The notes under the pieces are model-generated. The model saw only the letters and a program-made list of their open reading frames with translations. It ran no database searches and was not told the DNA's origin. From IMG/VR virus record IMGVR_UViG_3300042946_000615, positions 7,663-71,662 of that record: 64,000 nt of DNA. One strand, written 5' to 3'. Shown here one piece after another: positions 21,301-26,681 of this stretch. Position 1 is the stretch's first letter. Each line of letters starts with the position of its first letter. This DNA comes from a virus. The position numbers and the translations under genes were made by a program.

Positions 21301-21380
21301 TTTATCTGAGCAGCTATCTGTTTAACATTTGTCGGCCCAACCAAATTTAGTTGAGCTGTTAGATTAAATCCTTTAGACAT
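3345..21380 (-). CDS. Giant tail tape-measure protein (6011 aa) fused to multiple enzyme/effector domains
   Basis: Lies directly after the tail tube and chaperone genes. The N-terminal ~500 aa resemble the TP901-type TMP core (EYDKELVRLQQVTG, LAQAGLS, helical Ala/Gly-rich). Five DTVPAMLxPGEFV modules typical of TMPs; internal enzyme motifs are listed in the findings. Confidence 0.9.
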   Translation of the reverse strand: MSKGFNLTAQLNLVGPTNVKQIAAQIKKDLGNVNATVNFKLDPTATKNVTALTSALQKLNSTLSATNKSASSAASAIKMLGQSVNSVKLNNIPQQVNNISKSVSTLNNNATKAKSSFSSVTNEMEDFGKQAGLAVRRFTAFATVTSVIYGLTNSISKGVQAFIEYDKELVRLQQVTGQSLKGLTQLQSRITDLSTSLGVSSKELTTVAVTLAQAGLSAKDTERSLKALALSSLAPSFDSMNETVEGSIALMRQFGIGAGELESALGSVNTVAAKFAVEASDIIAAIQRTGGVFATASKGVSTGTDALNEFIAVFTSVRATTRESAETIATGLRTIFTRVQRGDTINALKEFGVNLTDAQGKFVGAYKAVQLLSEGLNSIDPRDLKFSRIVEELGGFRQIGKVIPLIQQFSVAQEALAVAQQGQGSLARDAVKAQLSLANQISKVREQFFALFRELGQSQGFQTLVKGALSLSGALIKVADASKTLLPALSVMLAFKGAKALTQFAGGFNKGFRGGPDNKKGSGRSEPFADGGPVRKFARGGVVPGSGNRDTVPAMLMPGEFVIRKKAVETIGSNNLHNINKYGGGGSIRSGGRAGKRKKFAKGGAAEVASIDGDQKATDGDTFTATVTPTGKPFTASFRIADFDTYEIGNKTSRVSEAKAVNLLDIQKNKNKRKPKQGPSGFVIPSDYYVSNDMTASKAAEEGTKALQTQIADFKDTSKIKVGGGFGRYLASGFTMDSSLTTGRKWNESGKLELARGGKIQKFARGGQVLRNIGIIDTDVLRDAANATVVRPAMEKLGITDVSDYTTRLGELAAKARKNKSLSKFMAIAGAAGSGKSSVATGKGANDDATLRKTTRSQILTPEDIEKVNEVFVLTSTASQTKLDSYLKDVDRAYILSSNSRDEQDRVRSNRSSRDLTGEGLYGRKPGTTVGANSDFGLEETILRDELGKRATVLGRKKDSFGLRRKRENELPEIVQAGGFYTGGFAPPTRGHRGALDTLLDNMLAKNPNSSLEDIVVSVAPDLPMIAGKEGIEHAARYGIFPADFRALLSKINFGNAQISTQDQPAGGLSKFMEIAGSGDRRRFAKLKGAMAITSGKEEGVLGKYERAGMNVKDIPRIEDISATKVRDALFSGDDKTLTSFLNPEVASILMGNRAQLRNRSTMVPMLIEEIQKFVDQDKAKSNAEISGLLASAPGGPYGNVNAKLKQNAPEIAGQIQDIRSQRDRASRGAFGYRAFNIIRALSAKYPEIYGLDPSRKSSVSAQPSDITRETIAAQLSEQMSGEFGGVPTAMPSGLEAAILKNVEKTTQVKKSSGILPAQGSEILKRFGTSRLPTDASFGPFSGKTVRDTADGGKLKYWNSAFRPETKADKLAYYTATRDYLIDKFNESQGIQRATALEDTTNAVLSSKQLGLVGLNPLGYTGLLGPETWNLGIDPSGQERSIDASIVQRGLPTQYQNVIDYLSGQTEEIVGGASKLLGITPKKLSKKQRETLGQGNIEGALLEQIFGSADATILDDALRTRPIDFPMGIGPKAAKIFGIDPDIPTEVKRTIDSGSRGKAVEEFQRYFRAQYGIPEPKNDKMVQKLSGGGLLKKYGEIFPNNNSTGPFKEMVFDFDDTLVTGGEIRKPDGSLDLSQKDNIPLVEQMLKKGKLTPLGQHLSEAIKQEPSLVDNISILSARNQNQAGILADTLSRLGLPIPVSKIRGSDGPQNKKITGYQKMIDDNLETITRLKGQGHEAIHYKFAKGGKVEEEYKQILASILPKEMLTSDGYLKMPSGQAEPIEFIPPRTLAEKSRSTMMSILLGKSEQVPPEEQTGAFYQGGLHYKTMRHRLEKNKKTIPDDEYRALKTFIDENLLFQGGEDIIKTAGGKHKGVLAHETFHDIQGYLYDNHPEIIDKLQVSAEKYKDDIIKWYNDPANAEWAGPKDYKPEHFFPIPGKSNSPYGPDTSLLAIESVKKKTKKNLSNLSNGILGSIGESQYDLGRLEVVPVLISASAVGNKGANSILGNMFQDSGLNPEFYKTLPKKYKAGGVIRDIWHGTTTGKDDSVLESFKKYGAKSDVSHGFGQGHGFYVYSDPTSAMLRAMELEGGANFLTAADPNGRPMALKFTELLDGKNWDLDYEFQNADIVNFIHANYDRVKEAIAKSKGVDLGTNLKDFSLDKKYDEYLDTTDNTMMRKMGISFKDQGKDAEKLLANNNSGDARSGEVLSSLVKSLMHSDPDFYEEFENSFFNNLKPKQGLKYVGKDPLKPVLAQIFTRQKNINDTGWITEKFAKGGSPKDTVPALLTPGEFVVNKDAAQKIGYSNLHKLNKADKVQGYNKGGVVGTFQKLAGGGFADPNSFIRKFGQWFTEQPKNNQVKRFDRRPDIIGRASTQINKDVPKVLEDLIEGINKLGFSAAQSATVIKKLRNSSEVSYKEVEKALSGDLDKLKTAGAGFDTIIRAEEALYQIRRQGKRDVDLKRNLEGAFSQRGSATAQFMGGKMMMGDINQGSAAAQEMIEKEAQYIISGATQKLRASGKDVDLSKLTDKAYKIAASKVSGVSQKSFSDFDISGKDIKEYINESKRDRKTLTELDKEYAAQKMAELKRSSQFASVGSKQQQRMIKELEKETRREISVRRSLINDLASRTGQKGVGAIDMMDFNNSPILKYIKSLSAPQVLGGASIATGLVAGQGKNIGRLLYGQQNNDAKIKSAETSAAIESSGIIISTGLATAAEILANVPGKAGVIAASIVAIGSTLYGLAEYFSDISGSQAEARRQQQSENRAVQLDAAMERLNRSAKEYETNVGNTDLRNNLSDALKDVNNISVSDAQFQLREAKLDFGRQSPIAGMTPSKATGLQYINETLGNMIASVMPTFTGLGASRETMGAQEMARINAEMASKNKETGAIAQQAIMSALSQGATREDIISGDKYTNERAGLLMSDVKGVAAFNAAMASASSAVGGRELTEGELDEVLKKVTKDYYEQGNVILDTIIKANDLAKAMEAADRAGRQLAVSFDRMIDSINQSINRIQYESQQRTKYAQSRIKGLTGESGPPEINIPELNILENPQAYTPQDFALAVGKAADLIGGKEGKNIESMINFSKSLPDVMTKAIADRLSTEASLTKEDASAQALSVGQGIINSSGLDNETKEKLNSQLEAYVKNASEKISDEGLANNRKVALEIFLDQIRTSSSALGEGLARKATDAAKAMLEFRQNGLNDFAKSLQQSSDYIRQSTELRRKADKIMYKANIDTREIFRDVGESYNEAKGQTLNEVAQMTGGITDPVAIAQAIRQESDRINDPNTGLVKQRDDALLNKDFNDVIQFTQDIQDSSDKIKNYNDALDKLANSTNMYERALQEAKNVAETQKDRQSFVEKLLTNTPEEADNLNQAFIRLQRNLSGGLNSPWNQRDARKAFNEALFKTGSMREAYRAGNTVLANQRKETLGLMQDPGFKAIIKGQIQNQRATAGQGLLSEADLDNMFRQQEGKMMQQMAIESGFANNPVVMQAIQTKMNPESEPMAQAAANQVLEAAGLQKAATEEQAKLREVQAMELNVFAMDNLTVAIIDLKNQLADSFSRNDTIEGRDSSGAKTIQLNLGTTDLGEQYQNQAAITASRGGLIYAAEGQMIDFKPKGTDTIPAMLSPGEFVINAKSTAQNLPLLEAINNGYANGGKVKYFKDGGLASLFRGFDKDQNSILSENEFLDYFSDFDLNKDKAIDINEFLEYGNKVQNRAKLLRLLNKAGTFHNKRYDQLKNKADKRTFSEESEYKNYNEILSSQLKSDTLRAEEIRQQKNSFRRLNLNIKGKAKRTPEEEIEYQNLREEQRVLNPEIRRKQESIRRMNLNMKGKAKRTQGEEEEYQSLRQKWTKENPIEASKAKKITERQARLNENNRYIYQRQDQYRRERLGLDPAQEKEPSTPQSTAVGAKASTQVAAAQSRTEDNRRKQLWLKGSKGRTPEEESEYTKLRSLYEERKGKSKTKKADSAADPNAAQEAAIEDANARVTGLMNRFASSMGPIQDANDYVNRWTLAATALGPTIMKQWMANNTEPFRLDKNGNISRHDYDKGENEYDYRNPSYKSRARAEAINGQLPKPTLASETITTSSSLTDPQVVSPSNPRYASQIKDYVNNVIAKSPSWPDLLADKTTPSGMTVPTTPVKPTNAGYPHIDGTISDQLLDIDYSKMEPQHYVTLANDPRGEAAIVRQIAQVKLNVMGLDKDGKPLNTSSGTSPVNTTKSQPVQTQQPLAPSVTQSTANKEAQATVVAQQATSSRAGTAEESARKVQFAIDEGKKIIDVYRQHSQEEGISDNEREKRLQQLRHAQVEFGSTGRASAGLNPIGLGRGVNKPDGERWARESYKNAEDYFEAKKARDLFKKYGADKPKLFGSEVFDATLPPEMIGSDRTKRVKERAEAVSNFMAGLVDYVTGFKLDGSERHTAGLEISADGKNVARLSARNRFEASRDRSQDTKTQAKLTKEDAVALGVDPMLAGPLTDAEMFASLESKTKDTLWRDSGGVPPVIFAQGGTGASSIQTLNKIQKEQDLEEMIQKHGPIQYSDKNGNVLFADGTNYLRTSEPEDITAVGVAAASMLTPVGVVTAGASLRKVPDIAGRVIKGESTPQDAVDLIQITAGIASMANSARTAEQLSGRGQGILGGQKSQRQMTTEQTKAESAIDKDMKQALDESRYNITEKLNDAEEARLWQNIGKEVKRGKDSVIAKASSAIEKGAMRGTEFGTGGGDATTLNARAAKALAPEMLDLKPGTTSYSSPQRLTPKGEAVVAKRIQQLAEATPTSINPALNRRGYFRPDAPGSVTGTTVLRSPTDTFAALHEQSHAVSRILGILDDQNLLTKGVISKLPKKFRVLAEGAGPRISAMDEFTQARMDIRGTKAQVPQDVAVNNALARVQEEAAVARSLGQKPLDNPSYVKELSKYNSLLNKDPTTPLPSAPDTKSSTTDLIKKGAVLAGGAQLISSGVKAVTSPQKEKTKTKKPARRASGGLIYAENGQLIDFSPKGTDTVPAMLTPGEFVVNAKSTKENLGLLHAINKSKGGEINYLSKGGKTKTNKKTKRKAPDKSRVYGKPYDIRNPPPEEWAAKENELAQTRWFIEGIKRNTIQQKKAMQDIFFPDGPSSTIYDGPGYLPLKPKPMPISDDEKAWMDKGVDYILQYKRENPVKYLATGGRTDDEQKAPDIRPITQADPANDPFKDMRLEPQQSPQISAYDAAAGQAMLNNVNDMMGISSNNDYANINDMEIARAQGDLANEMAANSANQLALQQVQQDIPHALHTVAELPPMQVLGGIGKSGYGAMQIAAGGAGMMVGDIGQGLGASDDGFFGGLSKSGQQTGDLGAANIAAGGAMAGQGLGLDYLSGGVYEKQRAEATAAANEIMDSQVAQVTDEFGTAAGTVQRLAPIVGEGAFNLAADPIPLAAKTAGKVTDLGIQGAETLSYARRDPFTHGTQTAEDIANFTTAAGKMHAEAQIASKGNSVLSSVRPAPVAPGAAAETAEWWRHGEGIAGSRTLSGGQAGVSPMVEAAIDTATGKPIEVLGPDVWRATESNGKFFWPGNSGPGSYALTGEKSADVGAAVSRYALPNAQQVGSKAAQVMTADMVPGALDNATATLGSAKDSASTVRQMVEKSPTLSADPNMVKQAAMGTLEPSTIINAETTRLTSKGLDPKLASQAVIKDFGIQVSKNPTSKIFDPDMVPTIEVPLGGGSVARETMTSTVAIHDAGALASNRPSNIKSVYDLGMPTLRNKYTHLGEHTGHTIAKSTIEPFHKAELVQKVTSDPNKRHEASHHNTGGLIYANNGALAQAASGTDNVPAMLTPGEFVVNRESSQKHMPLLNAINSGHFNRGGIVNYLANGGVVAPKYYADGGQQLSNAIKQAPGVSNNSSNIGDIESALNKIVQSMSSSLEDKISQINQLNQNMTGFIDNFGSQSQSLVDGLKSSTTNLGSYADKLSTVSLPDSIKLTGNVTSEHRFNGAEAANNVLSTLGPSMEQQTNNQLNNAFNKINKGPGQLDSGIFGPDTTSIMGKSIK

Positions 21381-21407
21381 AATTTATCCTGTATTACAAG
21401 GCTAATA

Positions 21408-21454
21408 TAAAAAATATTCCCAACAATAGGATCTCTCCTACGGCTGGGAATATT
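21408..21454 (-). terminator. Probable intrinsic terminator/attenuator upstream of the TMP gene
   Basis: Minus strand AATATTCCCAGCCGTAGGAGAGATCCTATTGTTGGGAATATTTTTT: long hairpin followed by a T-run. Confidence 0.55.
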
Positions 21455-21478
21455 GAGACACAAAAATTATTTATAATC

Positions 21479-22396
21479 TCAGGCTGTTGCTGGCTGTTCA
21501 ACTTTCGGTTCTGCCACTGGTGCTGGTGCTGGTACTTCAACAGCTGGCTGACTTTCTTTGGTTTCTGAACTAGCAGCTTTTGGTTCATCTTTTTTGTCTT
21601 CTTCTAAAATAATTGGGTTTCCACTATCATCTAAGAAGGGTTGAGGATCAACGAGATAATCACCGTCTGAATTTACCTTATTGCCATACTTATCTACGAA
21701 GTTACCTTCTTCGTCTATAAATCTACCGCTCTCGTCGATCAACCTACCTTCTGCATCAATTAATCTGCCTTTTTTATCAACTAAACGTAATTTTTCATCA
21801 ACAAATTTATATTTCTTTAAAAACTTGTTTTCTGGTAAATTACTCTCGTAGTCATTATCCAAACCATAAAGCATATTAGCCAAATTTTGTGCTCCTAATA
21901 ATCCAACAGAATCTGTTGACCTATTAAGGTAGTCTTCCATATTGTTGAAATATGGCTGTTTAGTATCATTATACACCACACAAACACCAACTAAATAATT
22001 AAATCTAGCATTATCAGCCTGTCCTTCAGCACTATGATTGTCTAAGGAGGTTCTAACACTGATCAAATCTCTTATTTCATCTCTAACGGTCTTCATTTGA
22101 ATAGCAAGGTCTTTAGCCTCATTTAAACTAAATCCACCCTTAGCTAGTCTCTTCTCTCCATCTAGCAATTCTTTTTGCAGAGTGGTGAACTTGGCCTGTT
22201 TCTCATCATTCCACAACCCTTGATCTTCAAGAAGATCGTCTAGCTTAGCCCTTACCACGCTCTTGCTTTTAATAGCATCGGTGAAAGCCTGATTATAAAC
22301 TTTTTGAGCTTCTCTTTGGTCGTTAAGCGATGGTGTCTTAACAAGAAATTCTTTTTCAACACCGTCGATAGTTGCCTTAAATGTTTTAGTCTTCAT
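21479..22396 (-). CDS. Putative tail assembly chaperone
   Basis: Immediately upstream of the TMP. GGAG RBS before MKTKTF at 22396. Helical, with short VD.xGR/xF repeats and a Pro/Ala/Glu tail; paralogous to 22699-23742. Confidence 0.6.
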   Translation of the reverse strand: MKTKTFKATIDGVEKEFLVKTPSLNDQREAQKVYNQAFTDAIKSKSVVRAKLDDLLEDQGLWNDEKQAKFTTLQKELLDGEKRLAKGGFSLNEAKDLAIQMKTVRDEIRDLISVRTSLDNHSAEGQADNARFNYLVGVCVVYNDTKQPYFNNMEDYLNRSTDSVGLLGAQNLANMLYGLDNDYESNLPENKFLKKYKFVDEKLRLVDKKGRLIDAEGRLIDESGRFIDEEGNFVDKYGNKVNSDGDYLVDPQPFLDDSGNPIILEEDKKDEPKAASSETKESQPAVEVPAPAPVAEPKVEQPATA

Positions 22397-22694
22397 AATT
22401 ATCTCCTTGGTTATTATCAAAATTTATCTTGTAATTATATTTGTTGCTCATATTGCATTTGCTTTTATTTAAGAATTCACCAATATCTTCAACAGCTCCT
22501 CTAGCTTGTTTGTTACCATTGTTTAATATGCTATTTCTTGCATATTCCCACATATCGGCAAATTCGTCTCCTCTCTTAGACTCCTCTTCCCATAAGTGTC
22601 CAAATATGTTTTCAAATCTTGCTAGAGCACCTATCATTGTGGTTTGAAATCTCTTGTATACCTTATCTATTAATTCATTCTCTTCTTTTGTCAT
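22386..22694 (-). CDS. Hypothetical protein (tail assembly region)
   Basis: 102-aa ORF packed tightly in the operon. Confidence 0.65.
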   Translation of the reverse strand: MTKEENELIDKVYKRFQTTMIGALARFENIFGHLWEEESKRGDEFADMWEYARNSILNNGNKQARGAVEDIGEFLNKSKCNMSNKYNYKINFDNNQGDNYED

Positions 22695-22698
22695 GGTA

Positions 22699-23742
22699 CT
22701 ACTTTCTATTTTTGGATGCTTGCATCATTTGATTCTGTAAATCAGATTGAATATCTGGTAAGTCAAAAACCTCTACTGATCCTTTTTGGTTTATTATATT
22801 ATTTCGAGTCTTAATTTTATTTAAATTTTCTTGAGTATTTAATCCCATGATTTCGCTAATTTCTTGTTGACTTTGTGGTGTAATAAATACTTCTTGTGCA
22901 TTCTTTAATTTGGGATTAAGTTTATCTATTTCTTCTTGTTTTTTCGCCTTTTTAACTTTTTCTCTTTGATGAATCATCCATCCATCAAGCATATCGTCAT
23001 CATCTATAATAGTGTCTGCTGGACATTCTGGATGCTCATAAACGCTATCATACATTCTTGTGATACTAACTAATGTTCTTTGATCATCTGTCCAATTAAT
23101 AACCGCATTTTCAAATATTTTATCTTTATTACAGCCCCAATAAGATCTCCACATATTACTTCGGGCTAATCTTTTATAGTTATCAATAGAAATGCTCTGT
23201 TTATTTACTTCACTAACAATATCATTAAAATATAAATATGATGTTTGATCATTAATATGCTGATTTGAAAATACTCTTTTGTTATTTTTAAATAAAGTAT
23301 TACATACTATAAATTCGTGTTTTATACTAGAAGCATATCCTTCTAATGTATTAACGAACATATCGTTTTTATGATTCATAATTCCATTAAGTTGATTTCG
23401 TAAACTATTCAAACTTTTCCTAATTTTTTTAACCTTCTCATTTAACGAACTGTTCAAGAATAACTCAATTTTAGTTTTATCAATTTTACTTTCAATGTCT
23501 TTAATAATAATTTGAGTGTCTATTGACCAAAGTGCTAAATTAATTAATAAATTATCTAAATCATATTCTCTAATCCATTCGTTAAATTTTTCATCATTGA
23601 TTATATTATTATAAATAACTTGGGATTCATATCTTAATTCTGCTGATGGGGCCCTAAGTTCGTATTGCTCATTCTTATAAAAGAAAATGATCTTTCCTGA
23701 GAGTATTCTATACAAGAGCAATTCCAGATCAGCATCATTCAT
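22699..23742 (-). CDS. Putative tail assembly chaperone (paralogue with C-terminal extension)
   Basis: Between tube and TMP. Shares the PS..Y..D..R..LD.LL...LW...EG.A pattern with 21479-22396. Confidence 0.6.
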   Translation of the reverse strand: MNDADLELLLYRILSGKIIFFYKNEQYELRAPSAELRYESQVIYNNIINDEKFNEWIREYDLDNLLINLALWSIDTQIIIKDIESKIDKTKIELFLNSSLNEKVKKIRKSLNSLRNQLNGIMNHKNDMFVNTLEGYASSIKHEFIVCNTLFKNNKRVFSNQHINDQTSYLYFNDIVSEVNKQSISIDNYKRLARSNMWRSYWGCNKDKIFENAVINWTDDQRTLVSITRMYDSVYEHPECPADTIIDDDDMLDGWMIHQREKVKKAKKQEEIDKLNPKLKNAQEVFITPQSQQEISEIMGLNTQENLNKIKTRNNIINQKGSVEVFDLPDIQSDLQNQMMQASKNRK

Positions 23743-23881
23743 CCTTTGTCCTGGCTTGTTGTTTTAGCTTGATAATTTCCGAATCTTTATCTTTTAATTG
23801 CTGCTTCATATGCTCCAGTAGTTTTTGCATACTGTGCATATCGACATACAATTTTCCTATTATTGCAAATAAATCTTCCAT
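23735..23881 (-). CDS. Small coiled-coil hypothetical protein (48 aa)
   Basis: MEDLFAIIGKLYVDMHSMQKLLEHMKQQLKDKDSEIIKLKQQARTKDE, with an AAGGA RBS; fills the gap between genes. Confidence 0.6.
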   Translation of the reverse strand: MEDLFAIIGKLYVDMHSMQKLLEHMKQQLKDKDSEIIKLKQQARTKDE

Positions 23882-23935
23882 ATTGTCCTTAGTCCAGTTC
23901 TAATATCCATTGTCTGCTTACAATACTAAAATATA

Positions 23936-25054
23936 TCAATCACCAACGATACCGCCGGTGTTTGTGGCATCGACATAACCGACATTTACGAAGCCGCTAT
24001 TATTAGAACCTGTAATTTTTAACTTATTATAAGTTTGATAACTATAGGTAACCGTAGCATTACCACCTCCAGTATCTCCACCGCTATAATTAACACTGGT
24101 TAGTTTATTCTTGTTTCCAAGATCAATAGTTAAAGAATCAGAACTTCCCGATCCGCAAATAACAATTTTAACTTCTTTATCTTGTAGATTTCTATAAGGC
24201 GTTGCGCAGTCAGCTACCGATGAGGAAAAGTCGTTAGCTTGGACTTGATCACCGCTAGCAGCAATAACTTCGAACTCACTGGTTACTTCAACAGGGAAGG
24301 TTACATATCTGTGATATGGAGCCATACGACCTAGTTCATAGATAGCTTCACGACCAAGGTCAGTGCTAATTGTGATATTCTGTAAATATGGTTTAGTTTG
24401 ACCATCTGCAACAGGAATACCTCCACCAACACCTGTTGGCACAAGACTATCAACTTTATTAAATTTATAACGTCTAGCAATAGCTGGAGCTGTCATGGTT
24501 CCTCCAACGTCACCAGCGGTTGTAGTATTGCTAAATGCTCCTGCAAAACCAGCACCAAAGTATCCACTATTCCATACTTTATTATTTCCTACAAGAGTAA
24601 TATCTTCTGTAGCATTACCTTCAACAGGAATGGTATAGCTAGCACTAGACAAATACATGCCGCTGCAATCAACATAAACCGGAGCAACTCCGGTAGCTGC
24701 TGATACTGTGTCTGGGTATATTCCTAAACGAAAATTAACTCTGTTATTGGCTAATTCAACCATTTCTTTATCATTGGCTCCGTTTATACCGGTTGCCCCA
24801 CCCATACACAAGGTCCATAAGCAAGGTGTTCCGTCTATAGCCTTATTGATTGTTACTTCAATCTCAGGAACATTTTCAACGTTTTCATATAGTTCAAGTT
24901 GACCAAGCTGGAAAACCTGCTCTAGTCCGAAATTTGTTGTGATGCCAACACTTTGAACACCACGAGGAAAGTACCAGCTGGAGTATATTCCGGCGTCACT
25001 TTGTGGCTTAAGAGCAACTGCTTGTGTAGCATAAAAAATTCTATTATTGGGCAT
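23936..25054 (-). CDS. Major tail tube protein
   Basis: 372 aa, beta-rich (GVQSVGITTNF..EQVFQLGQLE.YEN; R..IYELG...PY.RYV.FP.EV). Canonical position after neck/terminator genes and before chaperones and TMP. Confidence 0.75.
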   Translation of the reverse strand: MPNNRIFYATQAVALKPQSDAGIYSSWYFPRGVQSVGITTNFGLEQVFQLGQLELYENVENVPEIEVTINKAIDGTPCLWTLCMGGATGINGANDKEMVELANNRVNFRLGIYPDTVSAATGVAPVYVDCSGMYLSSASYTIPVEGNATEDITLVGNNKVWNSGYFGAGFAGAFSNTTTAGDVGGTMTAPAIARRYKFNKVDSLVPTGVGGGIPVADGQTKPYLQNITISTDLGREAIYELGRMAPYHRYVTFPVEVTSEFEVIAASGDQVQANDFSSSVADCATPYRNLQDKEVKIVICGSGSSDSLTIDLGNKNKLTSVNYSGGDTGGGNATVTYSYQTYNKLKITGSNNSGFVNVGYVDATNTGGIVGD

Positions 25055-25104
25055 TTTATGTCTCCGAAAATGGGTGTTTTGTTATTGATGAATTATACAC
25101 CAAA

Positions 25105-26040
25105 CTATGGGAAAATTTCTATCGACCATTTCATTATAGCGTTATACAAGCTATTGCTCAAAGAGTTAATTTCACCAACTGAACTATTACTTATAGTACA
25201 CCAGCTATGACGAAAATTGGTTGTTAAATCTGGATATTTATAACCACTAGGATTGATATTTCCGTATTTATTGAGAGAATAAACCTGATTTTGGGCTACT
25301 TTATTGCTGTCATATAAATATAAGACCTTGTCTTTTTGGGCCAATAAAATATCTAATAGAATATTTCGTTGAGAAGCCGTTTGAGCAAAAATATGTAAAA
25401 ATATTTCTTGTTTCCAAATGTTTTGTGTTGTTCCTAATTGGTATGGTTTAAGTTCTACTCTTGGAGATAGCTCTATCATAACACAGGGCATTTGAATTCT
25501 ATGTATTGAAGATATGCTAAAGTCTCCATTTGGCTTATAATTAGCCGGATTATAGGTATCTTTTTGAAGTTCTTTCCACCAAAAAGAATCACTTGCCTTG
25601 TACACTTGAACATAGCGATAAGAATAGCTGGCCGAAACTTTGCTTGTTGATGAAACAGCATTATCAAATAATACTTGTCCTAATGGATAATTTACAGAAT
25701 ATCCATAATTACCACTTCCACTAGGTCCGGACAAAAATGTTCCATTTAAATACAAACCAGAAAAGCGAATTGGTGACATTCCACTATAAGAGATGCCTGA
25801 TTCATATACCCAATCCTTTCTTTGTGATTCCCATAGTTTATTACCATTAACCGTTGGGTCTGGAGATTTTTGCAGACTATGGAATCCAACAACTCCTGTT
25901 ATACCACTTGTTGGTATGTTAACATTAACAAATCCACCAATATTTAAAAAAGACCAATCTAAAAAACCCTTTAGATTATCTTCTAGAATAGATATCTTAT
26001 CTTTAGTAGTTATTGAATTAACATTATGAAATTGTGTCAT
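25105..26040 (-). CDS. Putative tail terminator/completion protein
   Basis: Directly upstream of the tube gene; C-terminal P.V.IE...YQLG...I.LHIFA....RN.L.D pattern typical of terminators. Confidence 0.55.
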   Translation of the reverse strand: MTQFHNVNSITTKDKISILEDNLKGFLDWSFLNIGGFVNVNIPTSGITGVVGFHSLQKSPDPTVNGNKLWESQRKDWVYESGISYSGMSPIRFSGLYLNGTFLSGPSGSGNYGYSVNYPLGQVLFDNAVSSTSKVSASYSYRYVQVYKASDSFWWKELQKDTYNPANYKPNGDFSISSIHRIQMPCVMIELSPRVELKPYQLGTTQNIWKQEIFLHIFAQTASQRNILLDILLAQKDKVLYLYDSNKVAQNQVYSLNKYGNINPSGYKYPDLTTNFRHSWCTISNSSVGEINSLSNSLYNAIMKWSIEIFP

Positions 26041-26681
26041 AAATATTTTTCTATATTGTTTTGTATAATAGCATAAACATCTTGTTCTACACTATTTATT
26101 GCTCTTGTTGTCCAATTGTCTGATTCTGTTCCTGAAAACTCTGGTGGCACAGACCAACTTGACTCTGATGGAACCATTATGGCTAATCCTGATCGTGAGT
26201 ATGTTGATGATCCATATTGAACACTATAGTTTTTAACTATGGAATTTGATCCTTCTAATAATAACCATTTAAGCCATGGTAAAGAATATCCTTTTTCATC
26301 ACTAACTGACGCTATATCTGTATTTATGAGTCCATTAAAATCGTCTGATTTTATCATGGTTAATATGAATCCGCCAAAAATTCCTGATCTGGATCTTATC
26401 GCGGTTTTTTGTTTTTCAACATTTAAAGAATTAACAAGGCCCTCAATAACCGACTCTACTCTTGATGAGTCTGGTATACCAAATTCGGCTTTTAGTTTTC
26501 CTGTCATTAATGAGGTATATTCCGGTTGATCTCTAAGAGCTACTGATACTCTATTTTTAATCTCTAAAGAAATATTTGGAATAGCTTTATTAACAGCCGA
26601 ATCAATTTTATTTTTTATATCTTCTGTAATTGCTTTATAGATACTATCATTAGAATCCAATAAGTTTAATTTGAATTTCAT
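26037..26681 (-). CDS. Neck/tail completion protein (HK97 gp10-like position)
   Basis: Synteny in the head-tail joining block; PWL.WLL.G and NW.TRA motifs. Confidence 0.5.
   Translation of the reverse strand: MKFKLNLLDSNDSIYKAITEDIKNKIDSAVNKAIPNISLEIKNRVSVALRDQPEYTSLMTGKLKAEFGIPDSSRVESVIEGLVNSLNVEKQKTAIRSRSGIFGGFILTMIKSDDFNGLINTDIASVSDEKGYSLPWLKWLLLEGSNSIVKNYSVQYGSSTYSRSGLAIMVPSESSWSVPPEFSGTESDNWTTRAINSVEQDVYAIIQNNIEKYL

Noticed and set aside
21969-21977. TTATACACC late motif inside the chaperone gene
   Set aside because: It is about 590 bp from the TMP start, encodes V-Y-N, and lies upstream of the hairpin terminator; it cannot be told apart from coincidence.
21479-23881. Programmed -1 frameshift in the tail chaperones
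   Set aside because: Each ORF has its own start and no convincing slippery site joins overlapping frames.
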